Shown in pieces: positions 49,921 to 60,770 of a stretch of DNA of 64,000 nt (position 1 is the first letter of the stretch; each line of letters begins with the position of its first letter). Source of the DNA: Legionellaceae bacterium (GTDB lineage Bacteria > Pseudomonadota > Gammaproteobacteria > UBA12402); the NCBI GenBank assembly GCA_002707695.1, contig PANR01000018.1:1865-65864 (forward strand). The letters are read 5' to 3'. The notes beneath the pieces were generated by a model that ran no database searches, was not told the origin of the DNA, and saw only the letters and a program-made list of their open reading frames with translations. The position numbers were made by a program, and so were the translations under genes.

Positions 49921-52900
49921 GGTGGTTACGTTACATTGCTTATACCCTCATCACCCTCGTGATTGTTATCTTTATTCTATTTGTCTTGCTGGTAACAACC
50001 AATACAGGTTTGCGAATTGCTTTTGCTATAGCCAAACATGCTATTCCAGGCAAAACTGAGATCGGACAAATCAACGGTCGTTTAATCAGCTCGTTAACAC
50101 TAAAAGATGTGAGTTACCGCAACGATGACATGTCTGTTAACGTCAACCATGTTTACCTAAAAGGTTCGCTCCTCCCTTTGATTGTTGGCAACCTTAAATT
50201 AAAAACGTTCAATGTTCAGGGGGTTTACTATAAGACCTTAGAAAACAAAAAGCCCGCGAAGAAAACTAAAGAAAACATCAAGCAACCTGAAAAATCGTAC
50301 AAATGGGAAGGCTTACCCATACGAGTTAACATCTCTCGCGTTGATATCAAAGATGTCACCATTGACCAACAAGGTAATATGAAAAAAATTAATCATATTA
50401 CTGGCGGTATTCAAACCTCTGGCCAGCAAGTCACAGTTAAACAATTCAAATTACTCACCCCTGATTATCAGGCGATGGCACAAGGTAAAGTGCTAGCAAA
50501 AGCCCCATTCACCACACAGTTTCGTGCAGAATTAAAAGGAAGCCCGAATCGGGAGCAACTTGCTGATGTCAAAGCCAATATTGATGGTGATGTAAACAAA
50601 CTTACAATCGCTGCACAAACGACGCAGCCGTTCAAAAGCAACTTAAACATTGTTTTCACTCAGTTAGCTGACAACCCAGGCATCGATGCAAGCATTGATT
50701 GGCAACGCGCAGCGTGGGTGGTTAACGGCTTCTCATCGATATCGATGCAACAAGGTCGCGCTATCATTAAAGGGCCCTTGAACAATTATCAATTTTCAAT
50801 CGTGACTGATATCAGCGGATCAAAAATACCTTTTGGCAACTGGTCGATCAATGGTTCAGGTAACTATCATAGCCTTCAAATCAAACAACTAACCGGTGAA
50901 ACACTCGGTGGCAAGTTAACAGCAAATGCCGCGATAGATTGGCAAAAGGCTATCATGTGGCAAGCGAACATTAACGCCCAAAACATTAATCCTGGTCTAC
51001 AGTGGAGTCGTTGGGAAGGCAACCTCAATGTTGCCAGCACATTCAACGGTCAATACAACAGCAAACAACAACAGCTTAGCAATCACCTCATTGTTTCCAA
51101 ACTCAGTGGTAACTTGCATAAATACAATTTAACCGGGCAAGCCGACATAAACTTGGCAAACAAGCAGCTACTCATTAAACAACTCAGCGTCAAGCTCGGA
51201 CAAAACCGCCTTAATGCTTCAGGGCAACTAGCGCAACAATGGGATCTCAACTGGCAAGCAAAACTGCCTAACCTCACTGCCATTTGGAAACACGGTGGCG
51301 GGCAATTTAACAGCGAAGGTCGCATCAAAGGCAGCTTGAAACAGCCCATCGTTAAAGCCACGGCAGTGGGCAAAAATATCAAACTACCCTGGCTATCGCT
51401 TGATGCGTTATCAGCGAACATTGATTTAGGTGCCGATGCAAGTGCGCCTGCCAACGTACAAGTTGAGCTTGATAATTTGCGCGCCCAAGCTCATTACATT
51501 AAATCCATTAAGTTACTCAGCCAAGGCACCATCGCTAACCAAAAAATTAATGGATCATTGGTCATGCCTAAAGTTACGTTGAACACACAACTTGCTGGCG
51601 GCATCACACAACAACAATGGCAAGGTGAGCTACAAAAACTTAACATCAACACAACTGATTTTGGAAATTGGCAACTTAAACAGCGCGCGAAACTCATGCT
51701 TAAACCCAACAACGTTTCGCTTGCGAATACCTGTTTAGTCAAACAATCTGAATCTGTGTGTGGCGGATTAACTTGGCAAGCGCAACACATGCTGCAAGCA
51801 TCACTTAAATCAAGCGGTTTAAATGCTGGCATGCTGAGCGCCTTCTTTCCGAACAATTTAAAAATTGATGCGCCAATTGATATTGACATGAATATTGACA
51901 GTAATGTTGATGGAAAACAAAGTGGATACGCAAAAGTTGTTATCCCTCAAGGAAAAGTCGCTTACACTTATAAAGGCCATACTCAACTGTTTGCTATCAA
52001 AAATAGCAGTATTGTCAGCCAACTCTCCTCTGCTGGCATTAACACACAAATCAATGCAGCAACTGACCCCAACCAAACACTGACTGGCACTATCAACCTC
52101 CCTCAATTCATGTTAATCAAAGGCTGGAATCCAAAACAATCGCTACAAGGCTCGATTAATTTGAATGCACCTGACTTGAGCTGGCTTGCTGCCATTGTAG
52201 GACCATTGGAAAACACCAAAGGTAGCATTGTTGGCAAGCTCAACATCGCTGGCGATCTACAACAACCGAAGCTCAACGGGTTTGTTGCATTAAAAAATGC
52301 GAGTGCCTTTATTGCACCGCTTGACATCACCCCAACCAATATCAATCTCGATGCAAACTTCAAACCTAACCAAGGTGTGATTTACAAAGGCAGCCTACTC
52401 TCTGAGAAAGGAAAACTAACACTCAATGGACAAACTCAACTGAATTCGTTTTTCAAAACAGCGCTCTTTATCAAAGGTAACAATGTGCTCGGCATTGACA
52501 CGCCTGAATATAAAGCTTACTTGTCGCCTGACTTGAAGTTGACCTATGATAAACCTAAGTTAACCTTAAGCGGCAAACTGAATGTTACGAATGCCACACT
52601 CAAACCAAAAACGTTTAGCAGTACAACCACGCTGCCAGACAATATTGTTTACATCCGCCCAGAAGGTGAAAAAGATCCATTGCAATTTTATCTTGACCTT
52701 AACTTAGGCTTAAAAAATGTAAGCTTTGCTTACCAAGGCTTAAAAGCAGAAGTCGAAGGACAACTCAAATTACACCTTGAGCCTGACAGCATCATGACGG
52801 CGACTGGCGAACTAAGAACAACGAGCGGTTCGTATAAAGCTTATAATCAAGATTTAACGATTGAAAAAGGAAACTTTGTTTATAATGGCGGACCGCTAAG

Positions 52901-53441
52901 CAATCCAAGCCTTGATATTTCTGCAACTCGAAAAATACAAACCGTTTTTGATGCCAGCGGCGTACAGCAAACGTTAACCGTTGGGGTCAATATCACCGGC
53001 ACCATTAGACGCCCACAACTCAACCTTTTCTCATCACCTGTGTCGCTAAGCCAGTCAGATATTTTGTCCTACATAATTTTAGGTCATGGCACGAACACCG
53101 CCAGCGGTGGTCAAGGACAACTTTTATTAGCAGCGGCCTCATCAATGGGCTTAACTGATAATAAACTCACCCAGAATATACAAAAAACATTTGGTCTGTC
53201 AGAGCTTGGGCTACAAAGTGATGAAATCATGAATCAACAAGGCTCACTGCAATCAAACACGTCGCTGGTCGTTGGCAAACAAATCACGCCAAAATTCAGC
53301 ATCCGTTACAGTGCGGGGTTATTAGTGCCCGTGGATGTCTTTAGAATGGTCTATCAAATGTCAAGGCGCTGGTCAGTCCAAACCGATAGCAGCACCTATG
53401 ATAATGGCGCGGACATTATCTACACCATTGAAACAGGCTGA
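49917..53441 (+). CDS. tamB: translocation and assembly module subunit TamB (DUF490)
   Basis: The 1174-aa protein has an N-terminal TM anchor, a long beta-rich body and a C-terminal DUF490-like region. It is coupled to tamA. Confidence 0.8.
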   Translation: MRWLRYIAYTLITLVIVIFILFVLLVTTNTGLRIAFAIAKHAIPGKTEIGQINGRLISSLTLKDVSYRNDDMSVNVNHVYLKGSLLPLIVGNLKLKTFNVQGVYYKTLENKKPAKKTKENIKQPEKSYKWEGLPIRVNISRVDIKDVTIDQQGNMKKINHITGGIQTSGQQVTVKQFKLLTPDYQAMAQGKVLAKAPFTTQFRAELKGSPNREQLADVKANIDGDVNKLTIAAQTTQPFKSNLNIVFTQLADNPGIDASIDWQRAAWVVNGFSSISMQQGRAIIKGPLNNYQFSIVTDISGSKIPFGNWSINGSGNYHSLQIKQLTGETLGGKLTANAAIDWQKAIMWQANINAQNINPGLQWSRWEGNLNVASTFNGQYNSKQQQLSNHLIVSKLSGNLHKYNLTGQADINLANKQLLIKQLSVKLGQNRLNASGQLAQQWDLNWQAKLPNLTAIWKHGGGQFNSEGRIKGSLKQPIVKATAVGKNIKLPWLSLDALSANIDLGADASAPANVQVELDNLRAQAHYIKSIKLLSQGTIANQKINGSLVMPKVTLNTQLAGGITQQQWQGELQKLNINTTDFGNWQLKQRAKLMLKPNNVSLANTCLVKQSESVCGGLTWQAQHMLQASLKSSGLNAGMLSAFFPNNLKIDAPIDIDMNIDSNVDGKQSGYAKVVIPQGKVAYTYKGHTQLFAIKNSSIVSQLSSAGINTQINAATDPNQTLTGTINLPQFMLIKGWNPKQSLQGSINLNAPDLSWLAAIVGPLENTKGSIVGKLNIAGDLQQPKLNGFVALKNASAFIAPLDITPTNINLDANFKPNQGVIYKGSLLSEKGKLTLNGQTQLNSFFKTALFIKGNNVLGIDTPEYKAYLSPDLKLTYDKPKLTLSGKLNVTNATLKPKTFSSTTTLPDNIVYIRPEGEKDPLQFYLDLNLGLKNVSFAYQGLKAEVEGQLKLHLEPDSIMTATGELRTTSGSYKAYNQDLTIEKGNFVYNGGPLSNPSLDISATRKIQTVFDASGVQQTLTVGVNITGTIRRPQLNLFSSPVSLSQSDILSYIILGHGTNTASGGQGQLLLAAASSMGLTDNKLTQNIQKTFGLSELGLQSDEIMNQQGSLQSNTSLVVGKQITPKFSIRYSAGLLVPVDVFRMVYQMSRRWSVQTDSSTYDNGADIIYTIETG

Positions 53442-53506
53442 TTGACAAATAAATGCATTCTTGCCATAGTCAATAAGCATTATCGATTTTAAACAAGGAG
53501 TTTGTG

Positions 53507-53716
53507 ATGAAGAAATTACTCTCTATCGCCATTCTCGGCTTATCAGTTACCGGCTTGGCGCTTGCTGCCCCAAATGGTGCTACAAATAAGACCCCAACTT
53601 TTCAACGTGTGAGCTATGATGGCTACCCTTCTGGGCACAATTTTGCGCAGGATTTTGGGCAGAATTTGGGGCATGCTTTTCACTTCAGAACTCGGCCCGT
53701 CGTTATCGGACCCTAA
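53507..53716 (+). CDS. small secreted protein (69 aa) of unknown function
   Basis: The strong SD AAGGAG lies 6 nt upstream of the ATG. A signal peptide MKKLLSIAILGLSVTGLALAAP is present. Confidence 0.4.
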   Translation: MKKLLSIAILGLSVTGLALAAPNGATNKTPTFQRVSYDGYPSGHNFAQDFGQNLGHAFHFRTRPVVIGP

Positions 53717-53727
53717 TACCCAACGGC

Positions 53728-53760
53728 TCGGGTTGTGCTCAGCGCAACCCGACTATTTGA
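53728..53760. terminator. candidate hairpin terminator (8-bp stem TCGGGTTG/CAACCCGA followed by a semi-T-rich tract) between the small ORF and the convergent yhdP
   Basis: The inverted repeat is visible in the sequence. The T tract is weak (CTATTTGAT). Confidence 0.3.
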
Positions 53761-53910
53761 TAAAGCAATATACAATGGTCAACATGAGTCGTGTGCAAAA
53801 ACAAGCCATAATCAAAAGGTTAGACAAAAAAATGGTCTTTATCGTTCAGGCAATATTCACATAACGAGAGCTATTAATTTTCTCAAACAGCTTTATCTAT
53901 AAAAAAATAA

Positions 53911-56900
53911 TCAACCCCGCAACGGATCATTTTGATCGGCTGGGTCGATAATCGGTCTTGATGCTGGTGGTTTACCCAATGGCACGATGGTGGGCTTTGC
54001 AAACCCACCTTTAATCAAATAACGACGCGAAACAACGCTGTTCACCGCGGGCGAGACAACCTTGTCAGCCACGTACGTTGCCACACCAACTAAAGGATTA
54101 AGCGTGGCAATGCCTGCGATCACAGGTAGACTTGATGTCACATGTGGTGTGACAGTTAAATGTAAATTTAATATTTTCTCTACCAGATGTATTTCACCAG
54201 AAAAATCGAGTCGCGCAACAGGCCCTTGAAAATACGTATTTTTAAGACTCACCTCACCGTGATGAAAGCCTGCTTCTGCATGCATCACATCAAAGCCATA
54301 TCCTTTTTTAGATAACCCTTTAAACCCTGTGAAAATATTATCAACACTGAGCAAAGAAATAATGCGACCTAAGTTTAATCTCGCCACCGTTGTCGCGTTA
54401 TTCAGCAACACTGTGCCTCCACCTAAATTCAATACTGCATTACCATCAAGTGTTTCAAGGCTAAAATCATAGGGCGAAGCAGGCCAACTTAACAAAAAGC
54501 GCATATTTCCAGGGCCGGCTCGCAAATTTGAAGTGACACCCCAGGCTTTATTAAGTGCCGTTAAATGGTCTGTACCAAGATAGCCAGACAATGAAGTTTG
54601 ATAACGCCCGTGAATCAACGACCAAGCGCCGGTAACCTTTCCAGTTAATAAATGCCCGACAAAATTAATATGTTTAATCAGCATTGCATTTTTTTCTGGC
54701 TGACTTTCAAAATACACACCACCCATCGGTTTGTCACCAAGTTGAAAATCAGCAATGCCAATTTGCATTGCTGGCAGCGCTGCAGGATCGACTTGATCAT
54801 CAAATGCTGATTTTTCACCCGCTGATTGTGACGTGTTAAGATGAAGCCTAACAAAATTAGCAGTGAGTCTGCCTTTAGGATAATTTGTCGGAATACTAAT
54901 AGTTCCATTAATGGCTTGGCTATTAATGCTGACACTATAATGATTTAACAAGGATTCAAATTTAATATCAATAGGCGAAAACTTTTGCCCCATCAGCGAA
55001 AATTTACCAATTGTTAAATCAACCAATCTTGGAATCATCGACACACGATGTTCCTGCGGGTGTGTTTGTTGTTCTTGATATTGCTGTTTTTTTACTTGAT
55101 AAAACGTATACCACGCCTTCCAATCTAATGATGACAAATAACCACGAACCACTAAACCAGGCGCTTGCTGCACAACAACTGGCTTGTTGCCAAACATGAA
55201 CTCACCGCTATATAACTTTAAGGTTTTATGAACATCTGGACGAAAAGATAAAACACCTTTTATACGATCAGAAACAAGCTGATGATTGAAATACACATTC
55301 ATTGGTCCGTGCTGTGTAAAATTCAGATGCACAGATAATGGCGCAGCAGCTGTGGCTGTTTTGCCAAGCGGTGCTGGTAAATCAATCTTAATCCCTTTTA
55401 ACGCCGACTCAATAGTGAGTGTACTTGGCGTACGATCCTTTTTGCCAGCATGTAAATTCAGCTGGGCTTGATAAGCTGTCTGACCAGACAACTGAGGAAA
55501 AGCTGGCGTATTAAGGAATTTCACAAGCTGATTCACTGAGGTTTGGCCTGCAACATTCACTTGGATCACGGTATGATGTTGCGGAGTAGAAACAGTTTGC
55601 AATGACGCTGTGGTGGGGAACCCTAGAAAATAGGTTGATAAACGAGTAGACGATAATCCATTTTCAGTAAAATGCAAGGTCCCCTGCACTTGGTTGAATG
55701 CCAGCTTCCAACTAGGCACTTGGAAACTTGCTTGCTTTAAGGTGGTATCACCATCAACTTGTGTATGATCAGCATGATCAAGCGGAATCAGTAATTTTAA
55801 ATGTGTGGATGCTGGCCCCTGACCTGAAAATTGATTGACATTATTGCCCAAAATAGCTTTAAGCGGGCTCTCTTTTAAAAAACTAAAAATATCAGCAAAC
55901 GAACCAGCAGCATCTGCATTCACATGTAAAATAGGCCCGCCCTTTTGGCCTGTTAATCGTGGAATGCTCGCTGAAAGCTCGTGAATTTGTGTGTTATACA
56001 TCGTTGCATGCTGGCCTTGAGCAAACATACTATCATTTCTAAAAACTAATTCACCATCCACATCATTAAGTACCGGCCAGCCTTTCGCGTATTCAAATTG
56101 CAGATCAGAAATAAACGTATCAACCATAAAGATACCCTGATTATTAAGATAAGGGTAATCAGAAAGCTGGCCTCGTAACACAAACGTACCACTTCCTGGC
56201 TTGCCTGCAAGAAACGCTTGGTTTAGCCACTCAGAGAGTGAATGATGAAAAAATCGCTCAGGTAAGTACTGTTTAATTTTAGCCGGATCTATTTCATGAT
56301 AACCAAACATCATACTAACCATGGGAGAGCTTTTATCATGCGGTATTTTCATTGCAAGACTACCCGACAGAGCGGCATCTTCATTAACTGCACTCACATG
56401 CTTAGCCTGGATGATCCAATCATGATGACTGTTAAGTCGCCAGCTTATCGCTGCAGTGCTCATACCTGCAGTTAAACTGTGTGAAAATAAACGAGGAAAA
56501 TCCAACACCAAGTTTGAACTCAATAAATTAAATTGGCCTGAGTTGGGCTGTAGCGCTAGCACACCACTCACGCCACTTGCAGCCGGCATATGTTCATAAG
56601 GCAAGATGGCAACCTGGTTTAATGTTGCTTGAAATGAAAAAGGTTTGCTGGTTGTCTGTGTGTGAAGTTGGCGTGAAAACGTTAAATCAGTTAGCGAACC
56701 TGTCGGCTGCATCGCTTTTAATCGCTGCGTCCATTGAGCGGGCAATTTAACAAAAGCATTTGCCAAGCGTTCTGCATCATGTAAATCAACATAGCCGAGC
56801 TGAAAACGTTGACTATCAGGCTGTTTGTTAACAAGAAAGTTGGTCAGAGGCCAAGGGTGTTGATCAATCACCAAAGACACATGATCACCTATCACCTGCC

Positions 56901-57897
56901 AGCCCTTTTTATTTGGCTGCCATGCAACATGGCCGCTAAACTGCTCAAGTGGAATAAGTTTTTGTCGTTGCAACGCATAAACCTGCAACCCTGAAAGCGC
57001 CAATCTAGACTGGGATGCCTGCAAATGCTGGTTGTCCCAATTTAACCATATTGGCCCATTAACCATGGCTTGCTTAACTTGATAACCTTCAATGGGCTGC
57101 GTCCACCAATCTTGTAATGCGACATCATGAAAATTCGCATAGAACATAATCGCCATATCATGCAGTTTAGTTAAATCACCATGAGCCCACACGCCTAGAT
57201 CAATACTAGAGGATGCATTAGACTGCTGAGAAACCGTGACAAATAATTGATGCAATTGCCCATTATTTTCTAAACGAAGATGTTTGATATAATAATGTTT
57301 CGCGCCTTTATTTTTTGTTTTAAAAAAAAGATTGGAATTTTCGATCACCAACAGTTGCTGTGATTGAAGCCACTCTAGCATTCGACCCAAATGAACATTT
57401 TTCACACCCGTTAATTGCGAACTGGCTAACAAGTTATTAACAGACAAATCACCATGGCCTGTCGAGGCGATGTGTAAATTTAACCCCTGAGCAAAAATAC
57501 CTGTTGGCTGAAGACTTAAAGCAAACAATGCTTTTGTTAAATTTAATTCTATATGCAGATTATCTAAGGTTATTTGGCCAACACTACCTACAGATTGCTC
57601 AACATTAGGTGTCAAAGTCACACCATACAAATCAATTTCAGGACGAATGCCATCCCAATGCGCCTCAATTTTATCAATTTTCACTGGCATATTCAGTGTT
57701 TTGCTAACCCACTGCTGTATGTAAGGTTTGTGGCGATTCAGGTTGGGCGTTACAACATGTAACACTGAAACCACAATTGCGATAAAAAGAATAAACGCTG
57801 CGAGCAGATACCAAAGTGCATACAATATCCCTCTGAGCGTTTTAGCTTTCACTGCACCTGACTCCCCATCAGCGTAGCGCTCATTGCAGCCCAGCAA
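53911..57897 (-). CDS. yhdP: AsmA-like large envelope protein YhdP (DUF3971/AsmA family)
   Basis: The roughly 1310-1328-aa protein has an N-terminal TM helix and lies directly downstream of mreD. A likely GTG start at 57852 overlaps the mreD stop (GTGA). Confidence 0.75.
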   Translation of the reverse strand: MLGCNERYADGESGAVKAKTLRGILYALWYLLAAFILFIAIVVSVLHVVTPNLNRHKPYIQQWVSKTLNMPVKIDKIEAHWDGIRPEIDLYGVTLTPNVEQSVGSVGQITLDNLHIELNLTKALFALSLQPTGIFAQGLNLHIASTGHGDLSVNNLLASSQLTGVKNVHLGRMLEWLQSQQLLVIENSNLFFKTKNKGAKHYYIKHLRLENNGQLHQLFVTVSQQSNASSSIDLGVWAHGDLTKLHDMAIMFYANFHDVALQDWWTQPIEGYQVKQAMVNGPIWLNWDNQHLQASQSRLALSGLQVYALQRQKLIPLEQFSGHVAWQPNKKGWQVIGDHVSLVIDQHPWPLTNFLVNKQPDSQRFQLGYVDLHDAERLANAFVKLPAQWTQRLKAMQPTGSLTDLTFSRQLHTQTTSKPFSFQATLNQVAILPYEHMPAASGVSGVLALQPNSGQFNLLSSNLVLDFPRLFSHSLTAGMSTAAISWRLNSHHDWIIQAKHVSAVNEDAALSGSLAMKIPHDKSSPMVSMMFGYHEIDPAKIKQYLPERFFHHSLSEWLNQAFLAGKPGSGTFVLRGQLSDYPYLNNQGIFMVDTFISDLQFEYAKGWPVLNDVDGELVFRNDSMFAQGQHATMYNTQIHELSASIPRLTGQKGGPILHVNADAAGSFADIFSFLKESPLKAILGNNVNQFSGQGPASTHLKLLIPLDHADHTQVDGDTTLKQASFQVPSWKLAFNQVQGTLHFTENGLSSTRLSTYFLGFPTTASLQTVSTPQHHTVIQVNVAGQTSVNQLVKFLNTPAFPQLSGQTAYQAQLNLHAGKKDRTPSTLTIESALKGIKIDLPAPLGKTATAAAPLSVHLNFTQHGPMNVYFNHQLVSDRIKGVLSFRPDVHKTLKLYSGEFMFGNKPVVVQQAPGLVVRGYLSSLDWKAWYTFYQVKKQQYQEQQTHPQEHRVSMIPRLVDLTIGKFSLMGQKFSPIDIKFESLLNHYSVSINSQAINGTISIPTNYPKGRLTANFVRLHLNTSQSAGEKSAFDDQVDPAALPAMQIGIADFQLGDKPMGGVYFESQPEKNAMLIKHINFVGHLLTGKVTGAWSLIHGRYQTSLSGYLGTDHLTALNKAWGVTSNLRAGPGNMRFLLSWPASPYDFSLETLDGNAVLNLGGGTVLLNNATTVARLNLGRIISLLSVDNIFTGFKGLSKKGYGFDVMHAEAGFHHGEVSLKNTYFQGPVARLDFSGEIHLVEKILNLHLTVTPHVTSSLPVIAGIATLNPLVGVATYVADKVVSPAVNSVVSRRYLIKGGFAKPTIVPLGKPPASRPIIDPADQNDPLRG

Positions 57898-58331
57898 ATG
57901 GCAGATGTGAAGGCAGACATCAAGAACAACATCGTATTAGGCGTTTGGCCATGAATAGACATGATGATGTACGTGAGCAGTTTTCCCAGAACTAACAACA
58001 AAAAAATACAAACACTTTGCAATGGCCATGAAAGTACTCGCAACCACTGAGCAAATTTGGCTACGAGGTAAGCCAACACAACAAAAACAAACGCTGATTG
58101 TCCCAAGACGGATCCGTTAAATAAATCAACTAACAATCCAACGGCAAATCCGATACCCACACTAATGTGATAAGGCGCCATCATCACCCAATACAGCAAT
58201 ACAAGCAATGCAAATTCAGGTCGCCACCAAAGCAACGCTTGCGGTAAAGGCACGATATCAAGCATCAATGCGATCACAAGACTTAAAATGATTATTCGAT
58301 TTCTTGGCATAAAATCAGTGCGCATGCGCAT
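57849..58331 (-). CDS. mreD: rod shape-determining protein MreD
   Basis: The 160-aa polytopic protein is downstream of mreC. Confidence 0.8.
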   Translation of the reverse strand: MRMRTDFMPRNRIIILSLVIALMLDIVPLPQALLWWRPEFALLVLLYWVMMAPYHISVGIGFAVGLLVDLFNGSVLGQSAFVFVVLAYLVAKFAQWLRVLSWPLQSVCIFLLLVLGKLLTYIIMSIHGQTPNTMLFLMSAFTSAICWAAMSATLMGSQVQ

Positions 58332-59151
58332 CCTCCTCCGGCCAAGAAAGTAAAACCAATCGACTGCTATCTAAATGTGCTGCGGGCTGCAGAATAACGG
58401 TTGAAAACTGCGCCCCGGCTGGCTGCTCAACTTTAACAACTTTTCCTACGGGATAGCCAAAGGGAAAACGGCCACCCAAACCTGATGTAATCATCATGTC
58501 ACCAACTTTCACATCAGTCGTTTGTGTCACACCACGCAAGCTTAATGTATTCACAGGACCATCACCTACTGCAATGCTACGAAGATGTGTGCGCTGGTTT
58601 TCAACAGGAATATTGCTTTTGCGATTCGTTAACAGCATGACGTGACTAGTAAAAGGCTGAACATCCAAGACCTGCCCGATAACACCATATGCATCTAACA
58701 CGGCTTGCCCTGGAAAAATCTGGCTGTGCTCGCCTTTATCAAGCACCAATTGCTGTTCACTCGGATCGAGCGACACCAATAACACCTGAGCCTCAAGTGT
58801 TTTGCTGCCTAGCTTTTTAGATGAATTTAACAACTCGCGAAGCTGCGCATTTTCTTCTTGCAATGCCATGAGCTTTTGCAGATGACTTTCCAACACAATC
58901 TGCTGAGCGCGCAAACGGGTATTTTCTGCCTGCAAATGTTCACGCGTTTGCAAATCGACCGCTGCATCTTTGATAAGTTTAGCCGGTTCGCTAACCAAGT
59001 ATTCTACAGGGGTAACGATAAACGCACCTTGGTTTCTCGCGCGATGCAAAAAAGGACTATGATGATCGAGCCACATTAATAAAATGGCACCAAGAGCAAA
59101 TCCACACGCGCGTGCACCCAGCCACACATCCTTTTTAAAAATTAACCGCAT
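58315..59151 (-). CDS. mreC: rod shape-determining protein MreC
   Basis: The protein has an N-terminal TM helix, a coiled coil and a beta-domain. It lies between mreB and mreD. Confidence 0.85.
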   Translation of the reverse strand: MRLIFKKDVWLGARACGFALGAILLMWLDHHSPFLHRARNQGAFIVTPVEYLVSEPAKLIKDAAVDLQTREHLQAENTRLRAQQIVLESHLQKLMALQEENAQLRELLNSSKKLGSKTLEAQVLLVSLDPSEQQLVLDKGEHSQIFPGQAVLDAYGVIGQVLDVQPFTSHVMLLTNRKSNIPVENQRTHLRSIAVGDGPVNTLSLRGVTQTTDVKVGDMMITSGLGGRFPFGYPVGKVVKVEQPAGAQFSTVILQPAAHLDSSRLVLLSWPEEDAHAH

Positions 59152-59161
59152 GGGTTTCCAT

Positions 59162-60259
<1,098 letters not shown>

Positions 60260-60309
60260 TTACATATTAATCAGGATGAATAGAGAGTTGTGAGAGTAAA
60301 TCGCTTGCT

Positions 60310-60399
60310 GTCATTCCCGACCTGCACCCACAGGGCACTTATCGGGAATCCAGTTTTTTATCAAAGATTCCTGGATCCCGCATCGAGTGCGGGATGACA
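60310..60399. repeat. nested palindromic element in the mreB/gatC divergent intergenic region
   Basis: It contains the inverted repeats ATTCCCGA/TCGGGAAT (60313-60320 and 60342-60349) and ATCCCGCA/TGCGGGAT (60375-60382 and 60388-60395), plus an outer pair GTCATTCCCG...CGGGATGAC. Confidence 0.5.
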
Positions 60400-60479
60400 A
60401 CCTTCCAAATCGGGGTAACTTGAGCGCGTTTAGAAGAAAGGGTATGATCTCCCACTCGATCAGCTAGGCAACTTGACAT

Positions 60480-60770
60480 ATGAACAAAGAAACCGTAGAA
60501 AAAATAGCCCACTTAGCCCGTATCCACATCGACGACAAGGATATGCCGGCTATCACTGACAAGCTGCAAAAAGTCATGAAACTCATTGATGAGATGAATG
60601 CCATTGATACCAGCGACATAGAACCCATGGCTCATCCGCTCGATCTTGCTCAGCGTTTGCGCGAAGACGAGGTCACTGAAACCAACCAACGTGATGAATT
60701 TATTAAACTCGCCCCTGCTGCTGAAGCAGGTTTATATTTAGTTCCCAAAGTTATCGACATTGTTGAGTAA
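60480..60770 (+). CDS. gatC: Glu-tRNA(Gln)/Asp-tRNA(Asn) amidotransferase subunit C
   Basis: The 96-aa protein begins [12 protein letters not shown]... It is upstream of gatA with an overlap. Confidence 0.9.
   Translation: MNKETVEKIAHLARIHIDDKDMPAITDKLQKVMKLIDEMNAIDTSDIEPMAHPLDLAQRLREDEVTETNQRDEFIKLAPAAEAGLYLVPKVIDIVE

Noticed and set aside
50468-52363. Several 60-130-aa reverse-strand ORFs inside tamB, and similar ones inside yhdP, gltX and the GT-C genes
   Set aside because: These are frame artefacts inside long, well-supported genes. Their amino-acid composition is typical of antisense translation.
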